Origin: Antedon mediterranea
Taxonomy: Eukaryota; Animalia; Echinodermata
Direction of reading: 5' to 3'
Assembly: GCF_964355755.1 (NCBI RefSeq)
Contig: NC_092676.1
Coordinates: 11,819,888 to 11,883,887, forward strand
DNA: 64,000 nucleotides
This document shows positions 12,199 to 26,131 of the stretch, piece after piece. Under the pieces are notes generated by a model. That model saw nothing but the letters and a program-made list of their open reading frames with translations. It was not told where the DNA came from and did no database searches. The stretch's first letter is position 1. Each line of letters begins with the position of its first letter. Made by a program: the position numbers and the translations under genes.

Positions 12199-13899
12199 TT
12201 GTAGCCCAGTTTCGTACCCGCGTCTTGGGTCACATGATCTTTTGGCGGGACATCCGAACTGGCTATAGTAGTCGTCATCTTTTACAAGTATTGATTCTGG
12301 CTATAAATCACTAAAAAATTATATGCTTTTTTACCTTAGGCTTTCTTTAAGAGTAATGCATATATATCCTTTTTAAAGCCAAATTCTAGCAAAATCCGAT
12401 ATTTTAACAAAAGGCGTTGAAGAGCTAGTTAGCTAACGTCTCCTTGGAGACATGCACACCGCCCTCATTTGATTGTAGAGATTAAATACCTGATATACTT
12501 GATAAATAATAATTTAATTAATTAAAATAAATTCACTTTTAAAAATAATCTGTATTAATTTTTAAAAATAAATGTTAACTGAAGAAAATGCAATATAACA
12601 GTTTTTAAATTAATCAATTAAAACTAAAAACCTACAAAATATGATTCCTTTCATACTTTATTAAAAAACATAATCCTCAATCAATAACCACAGAATATCC
12701 CTTGAAAATAAGTGGACCTGTCCATAATGTATTTAACTTTCATGGTACGGACGATTCCATTTACCATAATAGGGATATTGAGCATTTCAAACTAATGTGT
12801 TTTAAAACACTTAAAAATAATAAAGTACCTATTTATTAATATTATTAATTCGGAACGTTATGAATAGCAAATATATTAATTATAATCAATGTTGCTTAAA
12901 ATTTAATATATATATATAAGATTTAACCTCCGTTGAGCCAAAATTCTACTGACAGTCCTCTGCAGGCGGTCCAAAGTTAGCCTCAGCCTGAGACAATGGA
13001 ACTAAATGGACTGTGGCTTGATTGGGAATCGAAAAACATGTGCCTACTATTTTCTTTTTCCGTTCACCAATTCTCAACCAATCATTTTAATATTTGAACA
13101 ATAGGTATTTCAAACATTATATTTTCATATTATTTGTGTCTTTGATTTAAAATATTGCATCAACCTACCGAAAAAACGAAGACAATTTTTTAAATTTCAC
13201 CAATTCTGTTCTAGATACCGCTCTACAGCCCTTGCATTTCACTTGGACAACCAATCTAATTGTCAATCACCTCAGGTTGTCACGGAAACTTCAATCAAAA
13301 AGCATCAAACTTTTAGATTTCCATAAAAAATGGGCGGTGATAAACTGCAAACAGGAATTTACTTCATCATGTTAATGAGGTGGCCAACTGGAGAGGGTGT
13401 TAGTAATCTGGTTGTATTTCATTGAATAATTGATATTTCTGCTAATTTTCAACAGCATTTGAGAGAAGACATGTGTACCTTTCCAACAATGTATTATTTG
13501 CCAACAAATATTAATCTACTAATTAAAAAATGGCGCCTGTAGGCATGCAACTGAATACCCTCTAGAGACAAGGTGACTTTACGGCGGTACAAGTGAGAAA
13601 ATTCTTCCACAGTCTGTTGATTCGCGTCAACCAATCAAAGGACGAGAATCCAAAATTGTTCAACTTTGAGCCCTCATAGACTCTCTTTTTCCAAACGTTT
13701 TTTGGTCCAGCAGCTGGGATCTATAAATTATAGTCGAGTTTACAAAGTCGCAAAACTGTCGGCCTTAGATACTATAGCTACCGCGATGAAAAAGCTTCTT
13801 AATGAGTATATCCTCTTGGGACATAGCTGGCTAGAGCCGCGGCGCGAAAACAAAACAATCATATAGTCATCATGCATTTGATAAAATTATAATTAACTC

Positions 13900-14830
13900 G
13901 CGAAAAGCCGTCTTTTGAGATATGCCTACATTCTACAAGAACATGATTAATGCTGTTGTAAAATTTAATAATAGTGTGTATCCAAAACCAACAACTTTAA
14001 TAGAAATAAATCAACAATTATGATAAAATAAGTTTATCTAACAATAAATCATTGTACTTCAAATCATGGTTATATTCTGATTAAAAAACTAAAATTAGTG
14101 ATATATTTATAAATTATAGAGTATGTACTGCAGGTGAAATATTTCAAATTTTTATAAAAACATAATGGTTTAATTGAATATTTACAGCTTATGAATGCCA
14201 TACCAAATGTGTGGAAAGAAAGTATTAGAAAAGACAATACAAATAATCAAGATGTAGGTAATAATGATTCATTGTTGCATAAGAACATTAAAGGATCTCT
14301 ATCTATCTACTATAAATATTTATAAACAAACGTTCCAGTGAACCAGGTCCACAAAGAAAATGGGAATGTGAGCTAAATAACGTAGAAATAGATTGGAATA
14401 AAGTATGATATTATGGAGTGGAGTTGTGGCTTGGTGGTTATGATGCTTGGCTACCAATCTAAGGGTCCTGGGTTCAAATCCTGTCATATGTAAGGATTTT
14501 TTCTCACGACAATTTGCAACTCCGCTCCCAAAGACTTGTAATAAGTCTTTGTTTATGTAGAGCATCTTGTGTATATGTTTGTCGTGAACAGGAGAGCCAC
14601 CTTTGAGAGAAGGACAGTGATTGAGTTCACTTGTGGTTATTCTTGGCAATTTGCCTAAAAAATTGAATAAATGAATTATAAGGTATACAAGATGAAACAT
14701 ATAGTTAAAGTTGCTCAATTCAACTTTAAACTCCTACATCGAATATTACCGTGTACAAAAAGATTAAAACTATGGAATTTAGCAGAAAACAATTTATGTT
14801 TATGTGACAATTGTATAAATCAGAAAAGAA
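13900..14830 (+). pseudogene. Highly degenerate Tx1/L1-like ORF2 3' fragment
   Basis: Translatable pieces MPTFYKNMINAVVKFN, NKSLYFKSW, IEYLQLMNAIPNVWK and VAQFNFKLLHRILPCTKRLKLWNL resemble the ORFs at 3797-4843 and 3308-3586. Confidence 0.7.
14415..14675 (+). mobile_element. tRNA-derived SINE
   Basis: A box TGGCTTGGTGG, B box GGTTCAAATCC; interrupts the LINE fragment; TGAAT-repeat tail. Confidence 0.7.
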
Positions 14831-15892
14831 AGTGAACAATGAACAATGTTTGAATGCAATGCCATTCAATGGACATGGCACAAATCCAGCTGAAGATAAT
14901 ATGTCTTGGTTTTAAAATTATTATTCTGTATATACAAGGTACACTATAATATCCAACGCTGGAAGAAAAGATAAAGATGATAAAAAAAAGATTGAATATA
15001 ATTTATATGAAGTGTTTTGTCATATTTTCTAAAATGCAATGTTTTTTGTTTATTTCTCAATTACAATTGTACAGAAGTAGTATTATAATAAGATGACATC
15101 AGGTATGAAGCGTCTCACATATACACAGAGTCAAATGGCATCTTGGACTTGCACAGTGTATGGACTCTTAAGGTTTTCATTAAATATATCCTTCCATGCT
15201 ATCATCCTTATTATCTAGTTTTCAAACTTTTGCATTCCTCTTTTTTCATCTCATCCTTTTTTATAGGTACGATTTTAATGACAGTTTTATCTTTATATTT
15301 TAATTAACATCTTCTTTAAAATTGTAAATGAAAGCATATGGTTTTATATTGAAATCAATCATCTTTTTATGTAAATATGCCTGCATTTTAACGACTTATA
15401 ACACTGTAACAATCGTAGTAATATACAATAGAAAGAGAAATATTCATACAAATAATTAATTGTTACAAATGTACCTTTATTTTTATATATAATATATATA
15501 TATATACATATAAAACAGAGAATTATATCGCCAAACGGCCAACAGAGGGCGGAAATTATTTCAATCGTTCGCGTGGATAAAATGTTTTAGGCCCTATATT
15601 TTAAAAATATTTTATTACATCATTATTAGTAGTTAGGTCTACTACTCCAGAATCTCTCTGAAAAAAAGGTTTGAAGAAAGTCTTTTATAAATGCATACAA
15701 TAAATACAGCCTAGCCTTCCTTTTGTTATAAGTAGGTGTGTTTTTTAGGACAAATAATGAATCTTTTATATTCGTACAATGGTACAAATAATATCATTCG
15801 TTGAAAGATGAAAACATGTTATATTTTCACCTCATGAAATTGTTTGAACCATTGTTCTCATAAACATTCATTATTCATCATTATAGTGTATA

Positions 15893-16108
15893 AAACAATA
15901 TGCTTGGCATAGTGTATACCGTATGAAAATTTTTTTTTTATTCAGTGGAAAATAGTAGCATTAAAAATACAATTTCGGGGTATTTTGTTATGAAATCCCC
16001 GAATTTTTAGAGGCTTATTATTTACTTCAATTAATAATTATTATATAGCTGGCCGAATAAAGAATATATTTGTTTCATCACAGAATGAGATACACCAGTT
16101 ACCCAGAC
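15893..16108 (+). repeat. Local duplication, copy at about 17835-18033
   Basis: AACAATATGCTTGGCA...TTCAGTGGAAAATAGT...GATACACCAGTTACCCAGA is shared. Confidence 0.8.
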
Positions 16109-16213
16109 CACTGTGCTGATATTTTTGTGAGAGTTTTAATTAATTCATGTAATATGTACATGTTTGGATGTCAAAAAAATATTTCAGTAATAAGTAATAT
16201 ATATATTATAACG

Positions 16214-16783
16214 TTTTTATTACCTCCGCCAAGGAGGTTATATTTTCACCCCTGTATGTTTGTGTATGTGTGTGTCTGTCTGTGAACAGCCTGGAGGCCT
16301 CAGTTTTCATCCGAATCTGGCCAAATTGGGCCACAATGATCTATGCCCCAAAAGCAAGGACGAGTTCGACTTTGAGGGGAAAAGGTCATAGATCAAGGAA
16401 AACTATTTTACTGCCTAGAGACCACAGTTTTTATCCGATTCTCACCAAACTTAGCCACAATGACTCATCATATACTTGTGGTTAAATTTTGAAGGGTCAG
16501 GGTCAAAGATCAAGATCCACAAAAAAAAGAAATAAAAAAATAATAAAAAAAAAACCGCAGTGGGACTTGAACCAGCGATCTCGACTGTGATAGGCTGGAT
16601 ACATAACCATTACACCAAACTCCCATCCACAACTTTGTAGTGTGCAGTTGGCCTATTTACACTTAGAACTAATAAAACAAAATTTTGAAAAATATATATA
16701 TATTTTCCGGGGACATTTTATGTAGGGAAATTTTACAGTAGACGGAGGTCAAGGAAAACTATTTTTCGGAGTACCCTCTAGTT
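16214..16783 (+). mobile_element. Helentron-associated element (HINE/DINE-1-like)
   Basis: 5' TTATTACCTCCGCCAAGGAGGTTAT hairpin, (TGTC/TG)n tract, 3' subterminal inverted GACGGAGGT and CTCTAGTT end. Confidence 0.7.
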
Positions 16784-17502
16784 TATTTTGTTTTTGCATT
16801 AGCAGTTCCAAATGTTTTCCCATATAGGGATAATTCATGTTATGAAAGTACAATGTGAGACTAAGCATGAATGTATGTCATTTTAGTTTCAAATTATTAA
16901 TCAATTTCATTTTGACTCATGCGTTTTGCAGCAGCTACACTAGCAGCCGTCATATCATGAATATTCATGTATGGATTCAGGACATCTATAGCTTCTACCT
17001 TAACCTAATAGGTCCAACCAGAATAACAAACAACGCGCGAACTCTCATAACAACCGATCTCCGATTGCAATTTTGTTATGTCGCGAGTGACACGATGAAA
17101 TTACTAAATTATATAATGATAATGATGCAGACTAAAAACCACCACAAACAAATTAAATATACGGTCATTAGGCTATAGAAGTAAATACAGTACCTACTTT
17201 TTTGTTTAAATGTATTCTACTGTAGCTGATCCTACTAGGCCCAGGCTAGCCTACGTTTCAATCTGAATCAAAATGTAGCATAGACAAGGCCTACCTTCCT
17301 TTCATTCTATCTGAATTAAATCACAAGAATCTACTTGTTATATCAAACAAATAATTTTATTTTTCTGCTATGGTACAAATGCCATTCGGTGACAGATGAA
17401 AGGCCATATTTCATCTTTCATCCCTTGAAATTATTTATTTTATACCATCACACTTAAAAACGGTAACGTAAAATGACGTCACCGTTAAAGTGTGTCGTCA
17501 CA

Positions 17503-17822
17503 TCTATATATAAATCTTGCTTAATTTTGACATAGGCGAGTACATTGGAAAAACTTCGGGTCAAATCTCCGCCTTGGACACATACCTCATCTATCTCAGA
17601 TATACAGTGAGACGTAGATTTGATAACATTAGTTCTCAGTATTACGATATTGTTCCATATTTCTATCTTTGGAAGATAAAGGTTTTTAAAACAAAATTTC
17701 TGATTTCATCGGTAGACTTTCAACCGTACTCGGAGGTAATTTCCGGGTTCACGGTGAGAGTCATCACCTTGCAACTTTCTGGTTTCAACTAAGTTGGCCG
17801 TTGTTGGCTATAGCCATTTTAG
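17503..17822 (+). mobile_element. Short Helitron-like repeat (family B)
   Basis: A|TCTATATATA start, TGGCTATAGCCA hairpin, TTAG|T end. Confidence 0.6.
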
Positions 17823-18549
17823 TTAATTGTTTATAACAATATGCTTTGGCACATTTTTTTTTTGGTTTATTCAGTGGAAAATAGTGGCATTAAAATACAA
17901 TTTCGGGGTATTTCATGAAATCCCCTGAATTTTGAGAGACTTATTATTTACTTCAATTAATAATTATCATATAGCTGGCTGAATAAAGAATTATTTTGTT
18001 TCATCACAGAATGAGATACACCAGTTACCCAGATATTTTTGACAAAGACAAGTGTGTGCATCATTTAGTAGAGAGATCAGATCCTTGCAAGAAATGTACC
18101 GGACCAGCAACAGGAGTTGGAAGATAAGAATTTCAATGCGATGGATCAGTAGGCCTTATATAGATTTCGTACTTATCAGTAGACCTAGTATAAATTTCCC
18201 AAACAATTCTATATTAGTTTAACTCACAAAAATAACGAATACATGTTTTATGCATAAGCATTTACAAACATAATTTTTGTCTCACGTTTTTATATTCAAA
18301 CTCAAATTTCGCGGCCCGACTCCACTTATGTTATGTTGATAACAATAGAAATTGAAAATGGGTCTTTTAACAATGTCTATTTATGAATTTTGAATCATAG
18401 TTAATTCTTTGAGTAACGATTAGATGTATGTGATTTATTATTTTACGTACTGTATTGATAGTTCGTGTTGAAAATTGAATTGCCAAAGGATATAATAAAC
18501 AAGTAGGCCTAAGTAAGAATCTGAACTCATCATTCATCTGAACAACTTT

Positions 18550-19288
18550 ACGTATTTGTGCAGGGCAATCTTATAGATCACATTCGAAATTACTTTTTTT
18601 ATAAGCTTAACGTTCTAAACATTTATGATTTGAATAAGCTTCAGATAGCTCTATTTATGTTCCGCTTAACTAAAAATATCTTGCCTTTTCATATAAGTTC
18701 TCTATTTTCAAAAACTGCTGAAGGTCATACACATAACACTTGAAGTTCGAAAAATAATTTTATTCCTGATAAGTCGTTATATAAGCCCCGTCGTCACTCT
18801 GTTTTTTTATGTTGGGGCCTAAGCTCTGGAGTGTTATCTCACAAGAGTTAAAAATAAAATGTACAGTCTCTAGTTTTAAATACAATTACAAAAAGCTTTT
18901 TTCTCTGAATATAATACATTATTAATTTTTTTTTTCTCTTTAAGTTGAACTGTACTTAAATACTACGTAACTTATTATTAGCCAATGCTAAAGTTTAAAC
19001 ACTTATTTATTTAATAACTTATACTATTGTTTTTTTTTTATTAATTTACTTTTTAAATTGTTTATTTTACATATGTATTTTTACTTCTTATTTTATATTC
19101 TTACTATGTATATCTTACTCGTCATACTTGATTAAGTTTATGTATCTTTTCGGGTGGGTAAGCCTTAAAGTTCTTTGAACTTATTTGCCCACCAGCCACA
19201 CATCTTTCTTGTATATATATATGTTTATTGTTACTTAATTATCATATTCATTTTGCGTGGAAAATCAATAAAAACAAAAACAAAAAAG
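18550..19288 (+). mobile_element. 3' fragment of an L2-group (Crack/Daphne-like) LINE
   Basis: FYKLNVLNIYDLNKLQIALFMF..LP..HTHNT and GPKLW motifs, AT-rich UTR, AATAAA plus (AAAAAC)n tail. Confidence 0.7.
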
Positions 19289-20100
19289 CATTCAGATTTC
19301 AGTATCAACTACAGTATATTTAATCATTGTGTTGTTGGGAACACGCTGACTTTTAGTTTTAAATATTTCCGGTTTTTAGAAGAGGAGTGGTCTAGATTAC
19401 CAATGGTTTAATATTGACTATATCGGCGGATTAATATATCAAGGCGCAATACTTAAGTAGGCTTATAACTTCTATATAAAGAAGAAAAGATAAAACACGC
19501 CTTAAATAGGTTGTAGAAACGTCACCTCAGGACTACAATTCATTTCGACTTCAGGTATGGATAGATTTTATTTATTTATTAGTTTAAATATTAGGCATAC
19601 GGTGCAAACATCAACAAATATATTAAAATGTGCCATAAACGACCAAGAGGTGAATGTTTTATCAAATTTTATAGGAAAAACAGAGCCTGAAACAACTATG
19701 AATTCCATTTGTTATGACGATTCATCAAGCTAAACTTTAGTTTTATCTGGTTTCTGGTTTTATTTGTTCTACTCATTGCAATATAAAACATTGAATTGAG
19801 AGTAAATTACATATACCATTTGTACAATAATAAAAACAGTAAACATTAAAATCTCATTCAGAGCATCAATAAGTCGAAAAAGCTTATAAAAAGAAAATAT
19901 CATCCCAAAAAACAATTAACCTGTACACAAAAAAGGACGTTACCATTTACAAGACATTAAAATCGAAATTGTGATAATGTTCTGATTAAAATGGTAAAAA
20001 TTCATTTTTCTATTATTATTATTACTATTATTATCACATTTATTATTATAATGATTAAACAAAAACAACGGCAAGTAGCAGGGAGGCAGTAGGGCGGGAG

Positions 20101-20316
20101 GCGATTTTTTTTTCGTACATAAGTTGGGGACCCCTTATGTAACGTCACAAAATGAACATGAATAATTCATTAGTTGTTCACAATTCACGTGATTGCCTTC
20201 GCGTATTCTTCTTCACACACACACACGGAACAACACATTTAACTGATGAATTATTCATGTTTATTTTGTGACGTTTCATGAAGGGTCCCAAACTTATGTA
20301 CGAAAAAAAAAATCGC
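20101..20316. mobile_element. Internally deleted copy of the MULE-like MITE
   Basis: Same TIR as 9539-10417; 9-bp TSD GGGCGGGAG/GGGAGGGAG (1 mismatch). Confidence 0.85.
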
Positions 20317-20542
20317 GGGAGGGAGAGAAAATCACTTATATTTATTAATTAGGCGGCAAAGTGCAGGGAAACAAGAATTTCTGTATCTTTTCGTTCTGCA
20401 GAAAAATTCGCTGAGATTTTCATTGTTTCTAAGGACCCTTCCACATGTGTCCGCTCTACTTTACTCTATGTAGAAAGGGTACTATTGTGTTCTTTTAGGC
20501 TATAGAGCCTTTATATTATATCAAAGGTAAAGTGGTAGGGCT

Positions 20543-20628
20543 GGTAGAGCCCGCAAATCTCACAATTTCCCGCAAATGTTAACAAATCCATTTTTACCAC
20601 AAACATATCACCCGCAAATGTAAAAAAT
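20543..20628 (+). repeat. Terminal repeat array (CCCGCAAATGT)n of a TIR element; inverted partner at 29440-29554
   Basis: GTAGAGCCCGCAAAT... versus ...ATTTGCGGGCTCTACA. Confidence 0.6.
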
Positions 20629-21499
20629 TGCTCTGCATTACTTAGACAATAAGTACATGTCTCTATAGTATAGTTACTACAGTAGCGTTGTTTTCTATTC
20701 AATTTCAATTTAAAAAACAGTTTTTACCATTATCTTCATAACTGTACTGTTATGTACTGACGATTTTTAATGATATTGCAATATATTTTAATTTATTTGG
20801 ATATAGTATTTATATGCATATTTAATGTTTATACAAATGTTATTCTAAATGTTTTTTATACAATCAGTGCAATAGGAGACCTACTAGATAGTGATTAGGT
20901 TCGCTTTTTAGGAATCCTGTCTCTGTCTGGTTTTGTGAGATGTTTTCTTGTTGTTTGTCCACGTTTTTTAATATTGTATTTTTATGGAGACAAAAATAAA
21001 TGAAATGAAAAAAAAAAAAACAAAAAAATTGGACCTTTAGAATTTTAGTAATCATGAACTTCAAGGCATACAAAGAATGGCAGCTTATGCGCGTCATTGG
21101 TAAACACGCAGGTACGCACGTCGTGTCAAATTTTAAATGTTAAAAAATGATTAAATGTTTTTGATGAATAACAAGAATACGTTTGATATCTTCTGAGGCG
21201 TTTCGTTTTTTTTCACGCACAATCTACTACTGGGAACGTAAAAACGCGCTTTTTACATAAATTACATTTTAAGTTAGGCCTATTATTATTTTGACATCAA
21301 ATCGCGTTATACGAGCACATTTAATGTGACAAATTGCGCATATGTAGGTCTAACTTTAAAAAGTTTGGAAAATTGGCAAAATTATACATATTTTGAAAAT
21401 GTCATATCTCATCAGAACGTACTCAAACATAGTGTTATGTAACGTCATGTTGCATTTTAATGAAATCTGAACGAGGGATTTTCTGAAATCTTAATCATA

Positions 21500-22822
21500 T
21501 ATAACAAAAACTGTGTATGCACTAAAAAATGTAGATTTTGAAAAGATGAAAAGCATCTTAATTAATTTTAATTGGGAAAATTATTTTATGTTTGAAAATA
21601 TTAATAATATTTGAGATAGTATAATCAACAATATAAACAAGGCTATTTCTGAATCTGTGCCTATTAAGAAAAGAAATAAGATTAAATCATTTCCTTGGAT
21701 TACTACAGAAATTAAGAAACTTTGTACAAAGAAAAGAAAATTATATAGGAAGGCTAAGATTTTAAAAACAAATGAAGCTACAGATATATTTAAGTGTTGT
21801 AGTAAGGAACTGGAAAAAGCCATATATTGCAGTCACAGAAATTATGTTTTAGACATCTCAAATAAGACTACTTCAAATATAAAGCAATTTTGGGCATATA
21901 TTATGGCAATTAGACAAGATTCACAAGTTATAAATTTTAAGATTAATGATGGTATAATAACAGATGCTAGAGAGATAGCAAATTTGTTCAATGATCAATT
22001 TTCTAGTAACTTCAGTTATAATGATGACGATGGTAATTATGACTTGCTCTGCAACTCTGATATTATCCGTCAGAATTACATGGAACTTGAGAAATTTAAT
22101 TTGATGGAGGTTTATCAGGCATTAAACTATTTAATTGTTTCAAATCTCCAGGACCTGATAATTTACTTCCCATTGTTGTTGTATGTGGGCACCTACTGGA
22201 ATATCTCATAGGTATAGACTTGAAAGGGTACAGAGAAAGGCCACTAGAATAATTATGTACAGAAAAGAAGGAAATTGGGACACTTCATATTTATATAGGT
22301 TAAAGACCCTAAATATGTTAAGTATTGAAGATATATTTAAAATAATGCATGGCCTATGTCCCTCATCCTTTAATGAGTTTGTGAGATCAAGTGAGAGGTG
22401 TGAAGGGCGTTTAATACATTGGAAGGCTCAGACCAATACATTTTTAAATTCATCGTTTGTTATTTTTCCTAGATTGTGGGAGCAACTTCCTAATGAAATT
22501 AAACAATGTGCTACAATTTCAGACTTTAAAGCCCAACTCACCAAACATTTGATCTCAAAATATTAAGTTGTAATTGTTTATATTATTTATAATTATTGTT
22601 TATTCAATGTAGCTTATTCTTAATTGGTGTATCCCATTATAACTTTGTTTTGTTTTTAATTAATTTGTACTACTTAGTTTTGTTATTTTTGTATTTTATA
22701 ATAATGAGGGAGTAAGAGCAGTTTTCTGTTTGGGCTCATGCCTATTACTTGTTCCTGGCAAGATGAATTGTAAAACGTACTTTTAAGAACTTTTACCGAA
22801 TAAATATTATTATTATTATTAT
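21500..22822 (+). mobile_element. CR1-like LINE with the RT domain deleted
   Basis: PWITTEIK, FWAY, IANLFNDQF and KSPGPD are joined directly to WAP..LERVQRKATR..RLKTLN and PRLWEQLP; AATAAA(TAT)n tail. Confidence 0.8.
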
Positions 22823-23439
22823 ATTATATCTTCACAACTGGTAGCAGCTTAGAAGATGGGTTACTGTAATGAATACGCGAAGTATACTTTTGAACGTGCG
22901 TTAACTATTTAGAAATTGTAAACAATGGGTTTTATTATTAGATATTATTTTTGATGCTCTGATCAAAGATATTTTTGCTATGATTTTGTGATACTTCCGT
23001 GTGCCTGCGCTATATATGATCCTTGCTACTATAACGAAAATCTTATAAACAGCACGTCTAGTCTAGTCTATATTGTAATGGGGTTTGTTCTTAATTTTAA
23101 AGAGGCTATAAGTACAAACAGTGCTTTCTATTAGGCTTTTCCACTTTATCTTCTTTATTTGAAGTAAAACAAATAAATTCAATTAAACGATAGTGTGCAT
23201 AAACTTCAGGTGAAGAATGTACCTTGATTTCCTGTCGTAACACGTATCATCATATACTCTTTCCTCTCTCATGACATGATGATCAACTACGTACAGCCAA
23301 TGTTACTCTTTGCGCTGAACTAAGGCCACTTGGAGATGATAATCTGACAACGCACTAGGTTTAATTGGATTGGATCAAGACCCTACCTTAAAAGAACTGG
23401 GTATTAAGATTGAATTTGGTAGGGTTAAAAACATTAACA

Positions 23440-23892
23440 GAATCCAGTCGCAGAAAACGCAATCAATGAACTCGGTCTTGAATGTCTTAATGTTAATCTT
23501 GAAGGAGAATCTTTAACACCAGTTACTCTGGCGATCGCAACTGCTAATTTGAATTCCAGAATTAAACAGGGTGGCCGCGACAATCTGCACGAGAAATCTG
23601 GACTCAACTTCGTCAATGTACTAAGTCAAAGTTCCGTTGTCCGAATCTCAGATTGCTATTGTGTACAAGCAACATCGTTGTTGCATTCACCTCTAACAAT
23701 CCAGACTCTGATTCTGACTCGCATGTTGACAACACCACTCCACCAGTTGCGATAACTACACCACCTCTCAAGTTCTCTACTGAAACTTACCCTTATAATG
23801 GCAATCTTCAACTGGCAATCTTCAACGTCACTACTAGAAACAAACAACCGCCTAAATGGAAAAACACTGGAGTATGTGTATTAAATCTTTAG
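23440..23892 (+). pseudogene. Possible heavily deleted Gypsy pol remnant
   Basis: Weak resemblance only: PVTLAIAT..IKQG(WP) linker and C-terminal TRNKQPPKW. Confidence 0.3.
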
Positions 23893-24215
23893 ACTTTGCA
23901 TTATTTTTTACCATTGGACTTTGGCTTTTTGTTCATATTCGTTTATATTTCATAAAGCTGTTGTGTCTTCATTACCACTTATATATAAATCCAAAGGCAA
24001 ATTACTGAAAAAATGACAATGCTGTGGGTATCAGTGGCTGGATCTCAATGGAGATACTAAAAAAAAGCGAAAAGCTAAATCAAAACGATAAAGTAAAACA
24101 GCCAGAAAAGTTAGTAGAGCTTTCGGGCAACACTAGCCCTTGATCAGTGCAAGTGAAGGAATTTGGATAACGTCATAGCATAAGAACTGGCAAGTGCTGC
24201 CTGGGTGGACAGGAA

Positions 24216-24530
24216 TCTATATATAAATTATGGTTAATTAACAATTAACAATGGAAAAATGTTGGTATAAATCTCCGCCTTGGATACCTACCTTATCTAT
24301 CTTAGATGTACCGCGAAACGTAGATTTGATAACATTACTTTTCAGTTCTACGCTATTGTTCCATTTTTGTCTTTTACAACGACAAAATTTAGCGTTACCT
24401 ATCGAAATTTGTGGATATCACAGGGTTACTTTCACACACTCGCGCTGTTGTTCAACTGGCTTCCGGGTCCGTCACTTCCTGCAAAATGGCCGTTGGTGGC
24501 GACATTCAATATTAAATACAAACATTTTAG
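24216..24530 (+). mobile_element. Diverged copy of Helitron-like family B
   Basis: A|TCTATATATAAATTATG start; shares AATCTCCGCCTTGGA..AGATGTACCGCGAAACG and TGGCCGTTGGTGGCGA. Confidence 0.55.
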
Positions 24531-24532
24531 TG

Positions 24533-24805
24533 GTTCAACTGATCGTGAACTACTGCAATTAATTTGTTTTAGATATTCAACTAATCAATTATATTGATTA
24601 AAGGCATTTACTTTACGTGAACTACAATTTGTTTTAGTAATTAACTATTATTGAAGGCCTTTACTTTTACGTGAACTACAATGTGATTTACTGATTCAAC
24701 TAAATCGTGAACTACAATTTATTTGTTTTAGATATTTAACTAATCAAGTATGAAGGCCTTTAATTTACGTGAAATACAATTTGTTTTAGTAATTGAACTA
24801 ATTAT
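24533..24805. repeat. Degenerate minisatellite
   Basis: Repeated CGTGAACTACAATTTGTTTTAG / TTCAACTAATC / AAGGCCTTTA modules. Confidence 0.75.
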
Positions 24806-25576
24806 TTATGCTATTTATTAATCATTTAATCAAATTTAGGTGCGATTCAATGTTACTATAGGAGATTATTTATGTTGCTTGTTCTATTTATAACTATAAA
24901 TGGTGTCTACTACGACCAATATATAAGTAGGCTATGAAAGTTGTTATTTGATCATTTTGTTCCAAAATTAACAAGCTGCTGTTGTCATGATATATTGTGA
25001 TACAAATGTTAAAGTACCGCTCACTGTCTCAACTCAACTTTTGGTCTCTTGGTACGGTCACGTTAGAGACTGTTTCAGTGATTGATTACCCCTATTAACG
25101 GGTTCCTCCTGTGTGTAACGTTCAGAAAATATATATAATAATATAGTAATATGTATATTATACGTATACACTGTTCTTTACAATTATATTATTTGCATCT
25201 TACCTTCTTATGATTAATACCAATTTTTGTAATACCAATTGTTGTAAAGTTTTTACATCATTACAAGAGAGTTAATGTACATTTTGTTTACAAATAATTA
25301 AATCTATTGAGACATTCTTACTACCTCGTCAGAACGTTAATAGCATTTCACAACAATAGTCCCACATAGAATACCCACGTTACCATATAACTTGCCCTAC
25401 CACAATATACTCTAATTTGCTATATTACACTGGAAACGATATTTTTGGCGTACCTAATTTATGGACCACCATGAAACATCACAAAATAAACATGCATTAC
25501 TCATCAGTCATATGCATAGGTATCACCCGGGCTTCAATTTCCAGAGGAGTTGGTCATGTTTCGAGAACCATTTGAG

Positions 25577-25945
25577 TACACCCACTAGAGGGTGCGAGAG
25601 CGAAGCGAGCGAACCCTCTAGTAAAAGAAATACAACAAAAGGAGACAAGGCGGTGAATGGTGGGTGGAGACTAAATAAGAGTAGAAAACAAAGAAGGTAG
25701 CTTGGTAGAGATATAAACAATTTTGGAATGAAACTAAAAAAACAGCTTAAATGGTGGTTAATATTGAAGCTTAAATGTTGGTAGTCAATGGAATAATTTT
25801 ACCAATCTGGGAGGATGTTCCTAATGTTAAGTCCAAAAGGTTTTGTGGTTTTAAGTTGTAATTCCCAGTGGTTTTCTTTGTCTTTGCGAGTTTTGTCGCT
25901 CCATTTGACATCGTGGTCTATTGCAATAACTCTGAAATTTGCAAT
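25577..25945 (-). mobile_element. Penelope-like (Neptune-type) 3' end: GIY-YIG C-terminus plus UTR; UTR repeated at 26205-26456
   Basis: Minus strand FRVIAIDHDVKWSDKTRKDKENHWELQLKTTKPFGLN (E..W..L.T..P.GLN motif); terminal hairpin ACTAGAGGG..CCCTCTAGT. Confidence 0.7.
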
Positions 25946-25991
25946 ATAAATAAAATAACAGCAGAAAACTTGGTTACTTCATTGTTTTAAT

Positions 25992-26045
25992 CGCTACAAA
26001 TCTGTTTCGTATGACCAGCATGTAGCTGGCCGCACTCTTCAGGCG
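25992..26045 (-). ncRNA. Type I hammerhead ribozyme
   Basis: cgc-CTGAAGA-GTGCGGCCAGC/GCTGGTCATAC-GAAA-CAGATTT-GTA-gcg: complete core with a short stem I. Confidence 0.7.
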
Positions 26046-26131
26046 TAATATAAAACATAAGTGACCTTAAGGTTATTTATGCTCTACCTTCGTATTGAGC
26101 ACTCTATCCTAACGGTCTGATACTTTCAACC

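Larger units (their letters stand above)
2935..12464 (-). mobile_element. Degenerate Tx1/L1-clade LINE, near full length, interrupted by a SINE, a CACTG element and a HINE
   Basis: ORF1 fragment (11908-12198); endonuclease C-terminus DHQAI..RGPGYWKFNNNLL; RT motifs KTPGCDGLTVEFY, NWRPITLLNTDY, LDFRKAFDSV, GIRQGCPLS, LADD; C-terminal CNNC..EDEKHMFYYC; AATAAA plus poly-A at about 2935-2970; 5' end GGCGGTGTGCATG at about 12464. Confidence 0.9.

Noticed and set aside
12925-13878. GC-richer segment resembling a rolling-circle repeat
   Set aside because: Single copy in the window; termini could not be defined confidently
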